64,000 nt of DNA, taken from NCBI GenBank assembly GCA_965223265.1, contig OZ244999.1:1760001-1824000 (forward strand), given 5' to 3'. The translations under genes were made by a program, and so were the position numbers. This DNA comes from Planctomycetota bacterium (GTDB taxonomy: Bacteria > Planctomycetota > UBA8108 > SXIK01). This document shows positions 40,652-50,294 of the stretch, in pieces. The notes below the pieces were generated by a model. It was not told the origin of the DNA and did no database searches. It saw nothing but the letters and a program-made list of their open reading frames with translations. Position 1 is the first letter of the stretch; each line of letters starts with the position of its first letter.

Positions 40652-41007
40652 CGCTCTCTTCGAGCACACGCATCTACGTCGCTACAGGAGTCACCGATAT
40701 GCGCCGTGGCTTCAACGGTCTCGCCGCGACGGTCATGGGCGAGTTGAACCTCGAGCTTCTGTCGGGCCATCTTTTCGTGTTCTCGAATCGCCGTCGTGAT
40801 CGCTTAAAGGTGATGTACTTTGATGGAAGTGGTCTGTGGGTCTGCGCCAAGCGACTTGAGAAGGGAACGTTCAAGTGGCCTGAAGCCGGCAGCGACGTTG
40901 TCGAGATGACGAACGAGGAGTTGCTGCTTCTACTCGGTGGCATTGATCTCACTGAAACGAAGCGCCGCCGCTGGTTCGGTCGTGAAGCAAAGCGACACGC
41001 TATGTAA
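40645..41007 (+). CDS. tnpB: IS66 accessory protein (Orf2)
   Basis: TDMRRGFNGL, LFVFSNRRRDRLK and KRLEKGTFKWP. Confidence 0.94.
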   Translation: MLTLSSSTRIYVATGVTDMRRGFNGLAATVMGELNLELLSGHLFVFSNRRRDRLKVMYFDGSGLWVCAKRLEKGTFKWPEAGSDVVEMTNEELLLLLGGIDLTETKRRRWFGREAKRHAM

Positions 41008-41026
41008 TCGTTTGTTTCAAACTTTC

Positions 41027-41054
41027 TTGACGCGCGATGAAGACTCGCTATGAT
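41027..41054 (+). promoter_or_regulatory. sigma70-like promoter in front of IS66 tnpC
   Basis: TTGACG-N16-TATGAT, ending 8 nt before the ATG at 41063. Confidence 0.45.
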
Positions 41055-41062
41055 TCTTCGCC

Positions 41063-42622
41063 ATGGTGGTTGGACTTGTGAAGAGAAACGAAGAGCTCCA
41101 GAGAGAAAACGAGCGTCTTCGCGAGGCGCTCAAAGCGCTGGAGGTGCAGCTCGCCTCTAGTGAGCAGGAGCGCGAGATCCTGGCGCGTCTGCTTGCGAAT
41201 CTGCGCAGCCGCAGTTTCGCAAGGACCTCTGAGAAGCTTGAGCCAGGGCAGTTGACCTTTGACTTCGTCGGTAAGCTTGTTGAAGAGGCCGAAAACGAAG
41301 TCGAGGAAGAGATCGAAGAGGAGAGCTCTGAGGCGAAACGCAAGCGCCGCCCGAAGCGCCGCAAACCTGATTCGATTCCGGAGTCAATTGCGCGTGAGCG
41401 AGTCGTTCTTGACGTGGCGCCGGAGCTTCGCGTGTGCAGCTGCTGTCACTCGGAGCTGCATCGCATCGGCGAGGATGTCACCACCGAGCTCGACTACGTT
41501 CCGGCACGCTTTGTCGCTCGGGAATATGTCCGGCCAAAGTACGCCTGCAAGCTCTGCGAGGAGGGCGTCATACAGGAAGCTTTGCCAGCCCGGCCGATCA
41601 ACAAGGGACTCCCCGGTCTAGGACTGCTGACGCAGGTGCTCGTGGCGAAGTTCGTCGAGCACATGCCTCTGTATCGCCAGGAGAAAGCATTTAAGCGTCA
41701 GGGAGTCGAGCTCCCACGCTCGACTCTGTGCGACTGGGTTCAGGCCATGGCGACGCTTCTTTTGCCGATCTGGCAGTCGCTCAAACGCGAAGTGCTCGAG
41801 AGCTCTGTGATTCAGGCTGATGAGACTCCAGTTGTGGTTCTCGACAGGCGAGGGGCGAAGAAGGGTTACCTATGGACATATGGGATCCCATGGGAAGACG
41901 TTGTGTTCGATTTTGCCGAAGGGCGCAGCGGGACTTTTGCCGAGGAGTTTCTCAAGGACTACGAGGGTCACGTTCAGTGTGATGGCTACTCAGGCTACGA
42001 TGGGCTCGATGTGAAGCGCATCGTGCGCCTTGGCTGCTGGGCGCACGCGAGGCGCCGTTTCTACGAAGCACGCTCGGAGTCGCGCACAGCGAAGGTCGCA
42101 CTCGCATCGATCCAGAGTCTGTACCGCGTCGAACGCGAGGCTCGCGCGGAGGGTCTCCGTGGCGATGAGCTCGTAGCGTTTCGTCGTGAGCACGCCGGCC
42201 CGACTCTCGAGAAGCTCAAGGGGTACCTCGAGGAACGTCGTGCACACTTTCTTCCTAAGTCTCTCACCGGCGATGCGATCGGCTACACTCTCAATCAGTG
42301 GAGTGCACTGGAGCGCTACCTTGAAGTGCCGCTGGCCGAGATCGACAACAACGGCATCGAGAACGCCATCCGGCCGGTGGCGCTTGGCCGAAAAAACTGG
42401 CTCTTCGTTGGACATCGTAACGCTGGGCCACGAGCGGCGACGATGCTCTCGCTCGTCGGAACCTGCCTGCGACTGAGGATCGATCCGGCTGACTACCTGC
42501 GCGACGTGATCGAGAAAATGGCGCAAAACCCGTCTCGTGCCGAAGAGTTGACGCCGAGACGTTGGCGATCGGCGCGCGAGTCCGGGAGGACCGACAGCGC
42601 CAACACCTCGAGCGTCTCGTAA
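41063..42622 (+). CDS. tnpC: IS66 DDE transposase
   Basis: Coiled-coil N-terminus, zinc finger CSCC...CKLC, QADET, QCDGY, CWAHARR and IDNNGIENAIRPVALGRKNWLF. Confidence 0.96.
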   Translation: MVVGLVKRNEELQRENERLREALKALEVQLASSEQEREILARLLANLRSRSFARTSEKLEPGQLTFDFVGKLVEEAENEVEEEIEEESSEAKRKRRPKRRKPDSIPESIARERVVLDVAPELRVCSCCHSELHRIGEDVTTELDYVPARFVAREYVRPKYACKLCEEGVIQEALPARPINKGLPGLGLLTQVLVAKFVEHMPLYRQEKAFKRQGVELPRSTLCDWVQAMATLLLPIWQSLKREVLESSVIQADETPVVVLDRRGAKKGYLWTYGIPWEDVVFDFAEGRSGTFAEEFLKDYEGHVQCDGYSGYDGLDVKRIVRLGCWAHARRRFYEARSESRTAKVALASIQSLYRVEREARAEGLRGDELVAFRREHAGPTLEKLKGYLEERRAHFLPKSLTGDAIGYTLNQWSALERYLEVPLAEIDNNGIENAIRPVALGRKNWLFVGHRNAGPRAATMLSLVGTCLRLRIDPADYLRDVIEKMAQNPSRAEELTPRRWRSARESGRTDSANTSSVS

Positions 42623-45600
42623 GCCCCGAGACTGCTTCGAGCGCACTCCCGCAGTGACGGAAGCGGCGACCGACTCGGGGCGACAACTGACTGAGATCTC
42701 GACGCCCTGCGATCACGGCGTCGGTGACGACGGTGGAATCACCGGACGCTTACGAAGAGAGTGAATACGACGGCGGCGGTGTTGGCGATGGACACATCAC
42801 AAAGAAGAAGGAATATCACACGACGACTGCGTTCACCGGCCAGGAGTTTCACGTCTCGTACAGGGGGGACTTGCGTGGAATCGAGCCGTTTTATGGCAGT
42901 GGGGCCACAGAGACAGCCATAGGGCCGTTTACCGTCTTCGACGTGAACTGGGCCGGTGAGAGGGTTGCCAACGGTGTGTTTGACGTCAATCCGACGTGGA
43001 CCGGGTCGTCTGGAGTTCTGAAGAACGACGGACTCTCGGATTATGCCGACTCGACTGAAACAAACCGAAAAGCTCTCACCACCCAATCCTATGACAATCT
43101 GGGGCGTGTTTATGAGACTGAAGTCTGGACGATCGATTCGTCGAACGGGCAAAAGGGAGCCAAATTCCTGACGGAGAATTTCTATGATCGAAACGATAGT
43201 TTGGTTGCCGAAACGACGAAAAATGCCACGTTCGTGGAACATGCGTACGACGGTGCGGGACGAAACTATCAGACTCGTATTGTGGCCGACGAGATTGCGT
43301 CCACTCCCTATTCTTCTGGATCTTTCGTCTACCGTAATCCGAAACCTGATCCAAACGTAAGGGACATGGATGCGTTGACGTCCGGAGGTGGGGACGACGA
43401 CATTCTTGAGATTGAGCACGAAGAACTCGACGACTCCGGAAACGTCTTAGAAGAGCACGTGTTCGAGGCTAACCATGACGACGGCGACGGTCTCGACGTT
43501 ACAGCCGATGATGACTATGTGCGTTCGTCGGAGTTCTTTTGGTATGACGCAGACTCGGAGCTCTTGACGACGATAGCTGACTACGGTAGCGGTGACACGA
43601 ATTCTGGAAGCGGCTCGTGGGACCGATTCGCTATACCAGCGAGAGGTGCTGCCCCGACTTCGAGTAGTGATCAGAAATTGGTCACCAAGTTCACGTACAA
43701 TACCGCTGGGCTCTTGGAGACAATCACAACACCAACCGGCTCGTCGGGTGAGACCGTCCAAAAGATTTTTTACGACGACCTCGAGAGAACCGTCTACGTA
43801 GCCGAGAACTTCGATGACTTCGTCGCAACGACCGAGGCGAATACGGGCGGGACTGATTCGTCCGAGGATCGAGTCACTCGGATAACCTACGATGGACTCG
43901 GCAACATCATCGAACATGCCGCTCTCGACCCGGACGGCAATGGAACGACGTCAGACGCGCAGTTGACGACATATCTGTACGAGGATTCCCATTCGGCGTC
44001 ACTCGTCACCAACATCATCTACCCAGATTCATCGGACACTACCTCTTTGGGTACGGATCAGGTGAAGCTCGAATGGGATCTCGACGGTTCCTTAAAAAGG
44101 AAGACAGATCAGCGCGGTGTGGTCATTGAGGGTACTTATAACAATCGTCGACAGCAGGAGTTTCAGAAGGTTACCGATTTAGGAAGTGGCGGTGTCGATG
44201 GCCATGTTCGTGCGGTCAAACGCGAGTATGACTCTCTGGCACGATTGGAGAAGATTACCTCGTACGAAAACAGTAACGGAACTGGGGAAATTAGGAATCA
44301 GGTTCTCCTAGAGCACAATGATCTTGGCGAAGTGACTCGTTCGTGGCAATCGCATCAGTTGGGCAAGACCTCTTCGACACCAAAGATTGAATACAGCTAC
44401 GACTTGACGTCGTCTAGCAGCGTCTACAACGATGGAGCACGTCTGGAATACGTTCAGTATCCGGATGGGCGCAAAATCCACCACGGCTATTCTACGAGCG
44501 GGTCTGTTGCCGATCGAATGAATCGCGTCGCCACGATTCACGAAGACAACGGGTTGGGATCGGCCGGGACGACGATATTGAGCTATGCGTACAGTGGACT
44601 CGGGCGGCTCGCAGAGGCTGGCCTCGAGGAGCCCGGTGTTCGCCTAACTTACCATCAGGGGGACAACGACGATGCTTATGAGGGGCTAGACCGTTTCGGC
44701 CGCCCGAAGGATCACTTCTGGGATGGTGATGGCGCAACAGCGGATGTCGACCGACTTAAGTATTCGTATGATCGTGCCCACAGCCTGACACAGAGGGAGA
44801 TTGATTCGTCTATATATTCCACCCAAGACAAAGACCAAGTCTTCGAGCACGACGGCCTCGAACGGCTGACGTCGTACGAGCGGAGAGTGCTCGTCACCGG
44901 GCCAATCAAGCACGAGCAGGACTTCACCCTCGACCAGCTCGGCAACTGGACGGATCTTGTCGAAAAGACCAATGGCTCGACGGTCCTCAACCAAGACCGT
45001 GACCACAACGACGCAAACCAGCTAGAGACGATCACCGAAACGACCGGACCAGCTTGGATTGATCCGGTGTTCGATGCGGCCGGCAACATGACAGAGGGGC
45101 CGAAGCCCGGAGATGAGACGACCAAGCATCGCTACGTCTACGATGCGTGGAATCGTCTTGTCAAGGTGAAGGACTCGGCTGGGACGACGACCCTTGCCAC
45201 CTTCGAATACGACGGACTCGATCGTAGGATTCGAGTCGAAGACAGCGCTTCCAACGACTGGGACTTCTACTACAACGAAGACTGGCAAGTTCTCGAGATC
45301 AGAAAGAACAGCAACGCGAACCCGCTGAAGCAGTTCGTTTGGCACCCGTACTACGAAGACGCTCTTGCTGTTCGCTTTTGGGACAGCGACACCAACGGGT
45401 CTCAGACCACCCACTACTACACCCACGACGCCAACATGAACGTGACGGCGTTGCTCGATGACAACGGTGTCGTCAAGGAGCGCTACGAGTACACACCGTA
45501 TGGGGTCGTGAGCGTGCTTACGGCTACCTTTGGCACGCGGAGCTCAACGCTGTATGACCAGGAGGTGCTCTACACTGGTCAGCGACGCGAGGCCATTTCT

Positions 45601-46390
45601 CAGCTCTACCATTATCGCTTCCGCGAGTATCACACAGCCCTCGGGCGCTTTCTGACGCGCGACCCTGCCGGCTACCTGGATGGTCTCAATCTCTACGAAT
45701 ACGTCGCTGGCAACCCGCTCATACGGCTCGATCCGTATGGGTTAGGATTCTGGGGCTGGGTCCAAGGTGGGCTCGACGTCGCCGGATTCATTCCGGGGAT
45801 TGGAATCGCTGCGGATCTTCTCAACGCAGGGATCGACGCGGCCCAGGGGAACTGGGCGGACGCCGGGCTGAACGTTGTCGCGGCGGTGCCTGGTTTTGGG
45901 GACGGTGTCAAGGCGGCGAAGATAGGCGTAAAGGTCGCACGTCGCGGCGGTCGTGAAGCTGCTGACGCCGCGCGGCGCGGAGTGAATCGGCGAGGAGCTG
46001 CTGGAGGTGGCAATCTTCGACAGACCCAAAAGAAAAAGACGGCCAGAGAGAAGCAGAGAGAGCGCAAGCGGAAGGAGGAGGAGAGAAAGCGTGAGGAGAA
46101 AAAGCGCGAATGCGACATTCTTAATGCCGCGTATCATGCCGTGTGTGACAACCTTTCTAAATGCAAACCTTGTTTGGACTGCAACGAGTATGATCCTATT
46201 ATCGCTGGCATTAAAGAATGTATCCGGTTGAGGGAGAAGTGGCTCAACAAAGGATGTTGCATGACCAACCGCGCAAACTGTTGGAGACAGCACAGACAAC
46301 AGATAAAGCAGGTGAAAAAACGCCTAAAGAAATGTAAGAAACGCAAGGAAGCTGCATGCCGATGATGCGGTGAGTGAAATCGATCGAGGG

Positions 46391-46430
46391 CCAAGGCATT
46401 CGCAACGGGCTCCGAATGCCTTGGTTTCTC
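46391..46430 (+). terminator. putative intrinsic terminator after the RHS gene
   Basis: Perfect 12-bp stem CCAAGGCATTCG / CGAATGCCTTGG with a 10-nt loop and a short TTTCTC tail. Confidence 0.55.
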
Positions 46431-46538
46431 GCTGAGAGCGAATTCAATCAATCCGTGGACGGTTTGTCTTGACGGCGGGTGGGGTACAATAGGTATCGGC
46501 TGTACATGCTTTCGTCGCTGGCGAGGTAAGATATTCAG

Positions 46539-47165
46539 ATGCGACGTGTTCCCAAATACCAACGACAGACGCTTCGCTGCCCAGTTTGCCATCAGGATCG
46601 AGTGATCGCGAACGAGAGTCCGCTCCTGACGGAAGTGCTCGGAGATCGGGACTACCTCAAGCCACAGGAGTTGCTGGCCAACACTCCCTGGGCATGTAGG
46701 ACGTGTGTCTCCGGCGGACGAGCAACCGAGGGGCGTTTGCGCGGAGAGCATGGCGACGTTTTGGCCTGGTTTGACGAGGAGAAAACGTGCGTCGACTGCG
46801 GGTCAACGTTCGTCTTTTCGGGAGCTGAGCAAAAGTACTGGTATGAGGAGCTCGGGTTTCCGGTCTACTCGCGCCCAAAGCGTTGTGTGGCGTGTCGACG
46901 TGCTTATCGACGTCAGAGAGAGACACAGAAGGACTTGCAGACCGCGCTGTCCACGTACGATCCCGCAGCTCCCGAAGAGCTCCTGACCATCGCGGGCCTC
47001 TATCTGGAGCTGGATCGACTTCGAAAGGCACGGGAGTTCCTCAACCGTGCGCGGAACAAGCTCGATCGCTCAGAGGCGACCATCGAGACTCGTGAGCAAC
47101 TCGCTCAGATGGAGACACTATTGTCAGCTGCCGAGTCTCGCGCTGTGGACGAGTCGGACGGCTGA
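46539..47165 (+). CDS. zinc-ribbon (zf-trcl-like) protein with a helical TPR-like C-terminus
   Basis: Four CxxC pairs, including CVDCGSTFVFSGAEQKYWYE...PKRCVACRR. Confidence 0.8.
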   Translation: MRRVPKYQRQTLRCPVCHQDRVIANESPLLTEVLGDRDYLKPQELLANTPWACRTCVSGGRATEGRLRGEHGDVLAWFDEEKTCVDCGSTFVFSGAEQKYWYEELGFPVYSRPKRCVACRRAYRRQRETQKDLQTALSTYDPAAPEELLTIAGLYLELDRLRKAREFLNRARNKLDRSEATIETREQLAQMETLLSAAESRAVDESDG

Positions 47166-47343
47166 TGGCGCTCAACGGGTGAGTCGTTTCCCAGCCAGAG
47201 CAACTCGCGACGCGATGCACCACGCCTTTCCGCAATGCTGGTGACCTCGGGCCGCTGAAGCGACAGGTGCAGCTGGCGACGAGTACCTCCGGTTGCGGGC
47301 GTTTCGAACGCGAGTCGCGCGTCGAAGAAGATGCGGTCGTTAG

Positions 47344-47502
47344 CAGCCCGTTGAAAAAGTCATTCGGCCGAGAAACCGGCCTCTTCACGCCCAGCTCGAC
47401 CGCGTCAATACTCGAAAATCTCGGAGATTACCTGCGTTTGCCGCGGCCGATCTGGACGCGAAGAGACCAGTTTTCGGCTCGAAGCACTTTTTCAACAGGC
47501 TG
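47344..47502 (+). mobile_element. MITE family A, 159 bp, apparently identical to 33267-33425
   Basis: TTAG duplicated at 47340-47343 and 47503-47506. The right copy overlaps the TAA stop of the convergent gene. Confidence 0.92.
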
Positions 47503-48876
47503 TTAGCCCGTCAACACGTAAGGGCCGGATTCGGTGCTCCCCCAGAGCTCTCGGAAGTTCGGATCGTTCGCGTCGACAAAGTCGGATGCCACCGGGTTAT
47601 TGTAGGCGGGAACCGGCCCTGGCGCGTTCGCGCCAAGGAGACGGTGGACGTATCTCAGGTTGTCCGTGCACCCAGGCTTGTGAGGGTCATGGCGCGTGTA
47701 GATCGTAGGGCCGCCATCGTAGCGGATGCGGACGAGGAAAGGTTTCAGTCGAGGCCGCTCCGCCTTGGAGAGTTCTTCCAGCTTGGCGCGGTTGAGCGTT
47801 ACACCAAGCCCTGGACCGTTTGGCAATCTGACGCTGCCGCCGACGACCGGCATCTGTTCGTTGGTGACATCCTCAGTCCAAAGATGACAAAGATTCACGT
47901 GGTCGATCGTTGCCATCTTGAAGACCGCTACTTCGTGCGCCAGGAACGCTTGGTTGATCGTGCCACCAGCTTGCTGCAGCATGATCGGGGCGTTCACTGA
48001 CTCGGCGATCGCGTTCGCCTTCGCCGCTGCACCAATGGGGGCGTGTCCGGCCATCATGCCATCGCAGATGCGTTCGGTGAGCAGTTCTGGCGGACCGTGA
48101 TGGATCAGAATCGAAAGACGGCATTTTTGGCGTAAGTGCCGGTATCCCTCTCGGTCCCGCGGCTGAATCGGATCCTCGACACGTGCAGCAATCGGAAAAC
48201 GCTCGAGCTCGCGCAAGACCGGATAGACGGCTTCGACGTTGGAGTTGCCGTTGAAGTCGTAGTGAACTCGAAAGCCCGGCGGTGCGACGCGCTGCATCGC
48301 TACCGTTTGACCCACGACGTTCTGGATTTCATCGACGTGATACTTCAGCCAGCGGTAGCCGCGTCGTGAGACGCTTTCGACTTCCTCGGCCATAGCGTCG
48401 GGATGCTGCGATACGGTCCACGCCGCGACTGGGGTCCAGTCTCGCACCTTCGCGCCGATGAGCTTCCATGCCGGTACCCCGAGGAACTTCCCCATGAGGT
48501 CGTAGCAGAGCATGTTCATCGGCAGGTTTGCGTTGTCGCCGATCCAGTCGAAAGGGCTGGTGCCGACGTAGCGATCAACGTCCCAGCCGCTCGAGTCGAG
48601 TCCCCAAGACTCCCCGAGACCTTCGATGCCTGCTGTCGTCTTGGCGACGAAGATCGTACGCCCCTGAATTTGTAGCCCATGATAGCGCAAGAGGCTTTCG
48701 CCGTTGTACTCGTGGTAGGGCGCCACGATCTCGTGTCGCTCGATCTCGGTGATGCGAAAATCGCGCGCCCTTTTCGCCGCTTGAGCTAGAAGACGGCCCG
48801 GCACGGACCCGAGAGTCAACGCAGCTGCTGAGCTGGCGGCGGTTCTCAGGAAGTTTCGACGATTGAAGCGGGGCAT
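47503..48876 (-). CDS. Tat-signal mandelate racemase/muconate lactonizing enzyme family protein
   Basis: NRRNFL Tat motif; YDLMGKFLGVPAWKLIG, KYH, YDFN, VEDP and GPGLGV. Confidence 0.85.
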   Translation of the reverse strand: MPRFNRRNFLRTAASSAAALTLGSVPGRLLAQAAKRARDFRITEIERHEIVAPYHEYNGESLLRYHGLQIQGRTIFVAKTTAGIEGLGESWGLDSSGWDVDRYVGTSPFDWIGDNANLPMNMLCYDLMGKFLGVPAWKLIGAKVRDWTPVAAWTVSQHPDAMAEEVESVSRRGYRWLKYHVDEIQNVVGQTVAMQRVAPPGFRVHYDFNGNSNVEAVYPVLRELERFPIAARVEDPIQPRDREGYRHLRQKCRLSILIHHGPPELLTERICDGMMAGHAPIGAAAKANAIAESVNAPIMLQQAGGTINQAFLAHEVAVFKMATIDHVNLCHLWTEDVTNEQMPVVGGSVRLPNGPGLGVTLNRAKLEELSKAERPRLKPFLVRIRYDGGPTIYTRHDPHKPGCTDNLRYVHRLLGANAPGPVPAYNNPVASDFVDANDPNFRELWGSTESGPYVLTG

Positions 48877-48892
48877 GCCGAAGTCCTCTTGT

Positions 48893-50161
48893 CTATAGCT
48901 CGCGGATACGGATATTGCGAAACCTCAGGTTGTTCGGCTCACCGTGGTCCTGCAGACCGATGTGCCCCGCGAGCGGACGATCCTTGACCGCTGAGTCGCT
49001 GAGGTCGATGTCGATGATCTTCTCGTCGTTGAGCTCGACTTCCAAATGCGTGCCGCGACACGTCACGATCATGCGGTTCCAAGTGCCGGGAGGGTTCGAC
49101 ATGTTTTTTGAAGCGCCGACTGTACTGATGATCCCGCCGTGATCATGGTGCGTGAGCTTGCCTTCCTTGCCCAACGAATCGAGGATCTGTGCTTCGATGC
49201 CGGTGCTGACGGGATCCTTGATGTCGCCGACGCGGAAGAAAACGCCACTGTTGCCCTTGGGAGGGTAGGTGTATTCCAGATCGAGGACGAAGTCCTTGTA
49301 CTTCTTCTCCGTCCAGATGTAATCCGAGTAGCGCTGCCAACCCTTCTCGCCAGGGCGCGGCTTGATCAAAAGGACGCCATCGGCCTGCGGTAGCCAGTTG
49401 CCGGTCGTCTTCCAGCCGGTGAGATCTTTGCCGTTGTAAAGCGACACCCATCCAGCGACGTTCTCCCCGGGACCGAGCTCGCGTAGTCGGAGGTTACGCC
49501 AGCGCACCTCGTACGGTCCGGTGCCTCTGCCGATACCGTGAACCTGCAGCCCGATGAAGCCGCGCGGGTGGGTGGCGTATTTCTTCTCGTCCGTGAGATC
49601 TGAAATGAGCGCGCCGTTGATCCAAACGCGGATCTTCGGACCTGAGGCAATCACACGGTAGTGATTCCAGGCGTTGTCTTTGAAGTGCTTGTGAGGCTTG
49701 AGTAGCTCTTGGGGGGTCATCCAACCGCCGGCAGCTTCGCCGTACAGATAACCAGCCTCAGCACCGTTGGCGCCGCTTGCTTCGATTTCGACTTGGGGAC
49801 CGTTGACGCGTCCATTCGGCGTTCCGTTTTTTGTCCGCGAACGGATCTGCACTCCAGAGTTGAGTGCGCTGTCGACGTTGACCTCGAATTCGAGCTCGAA
49901 ATCTCCGTAGATCTTGTCGGTACAAAGAAACGAATTTGGGCTGCCTTCAGTCGTCTTGCCGACGATCGTGTCGCCTTCAATGCGATAAGTGGCGGTGCCG
50001 TTGCGCTGCGTCCAACCCTTGAGCGATTTGCCGTCGAAGAGCGAGACCCAGCCGTCCGTGGGCGCTGCGATGGCGTCCTGGTCGGCCGTGAAGCAGCCAA
50101 AGGCGAGTGTCAAAAGAGATGCGAGGCCGATGGAGTACGCGGCGAGCGACGAATGCTTCAT
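48893..50161 (-). CDS. tandem DUF1080 (3-keto-glycoside hydrolase/hydratase-like) secreted protein
   Basis: Two repeats of SLF/YxGKxLxGW...NSGV...WN...G(F/H)IGLQ...RNxRxREL; signal peptide. Confidence 0.92.
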   Translation of the reverse strand: MKHSSLAAYSIGLASLLTLAFGCFTADQDAIAAPTDGWVSLFDGKSLKGWTQRNGTATYRIEGDTIVGKTTEGSPNSFLCTDKIYGDFELEFEVNVDSALNSGVQIRSRTKNGTPNGRVNGPQVEIEASGANGAEAGYLYGEAAGGWMTPQELLKPHKHFKDNAWNHYRVIASGPKIRVWINGALISDLTDEKKYATHPRGFIGLQVHGIGRGTGPYEVRWRNLRLRELGPGENVAGWVSLYNGKDLTGWKTTGNWLPQADGVLLIKPRPGEKGWQRYSDYIWTEKKYKDFVLDLEYTYPPKGNSGVFFRVGDIKDPVSTGIEAQILDSLGKEGKLTHHDHGGIISTVGASKNMSNPPGTWNRMIVTCRGTHLEVELNDEKIIDIDLSDSAVKDRPLAGHIGLQDHGEPNNLRFRNIRIREL

Positions 50162-50294
50162 GATGGTTTCCTGTGGTATGGTGCGTCGAGGAGCTGGTCT
50201 CGTGACCCGAGACTCCGGTGCTCAGCATAGGAATTCAGCGCGGTGGCTGCAAGGCGAGATCGAGAAGGTCTCGTGTTCGCTCGTGCGATCTGGA

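Larger units (their letters stand above)
40229..42753 (+). mobile_element. IS66-family insertion sequence (2525 bp)
   Basis: Perfect 15-bp terminal repeats GTAAGCGTCCGGTGA and TCACCGGACGCTTAC; 8-bp GAAGAGAG duplication at 40221-40228 and 42754-42761; three ORFs. Confidence 0.96.
35650..46365 (+). pseudogene. RHS/YD-repeat polymorphic toxin interrupted by IS1380 and IS66 (segments 35650-36297, 38064-40228, 42762-46365)
   Basis: The segments join in frame once each IS and one target-site copy are removed (NEYVYH|TSGVD and DTVEE|SEYDGGG). Hydrophobic leader, DUF6531-like start, YD repeats, RHS core ending NPLIRLDPYG, PT-TG-like linker and Cys-rich tip. Confidence 0.93.

Noticed and set aside
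46469-46490. canonical sigma70 promoter TTGACG...TACAAT
   Set aside because: The spacing is only 10 bp, so only the -10-like box is mentioned, without a feature call.
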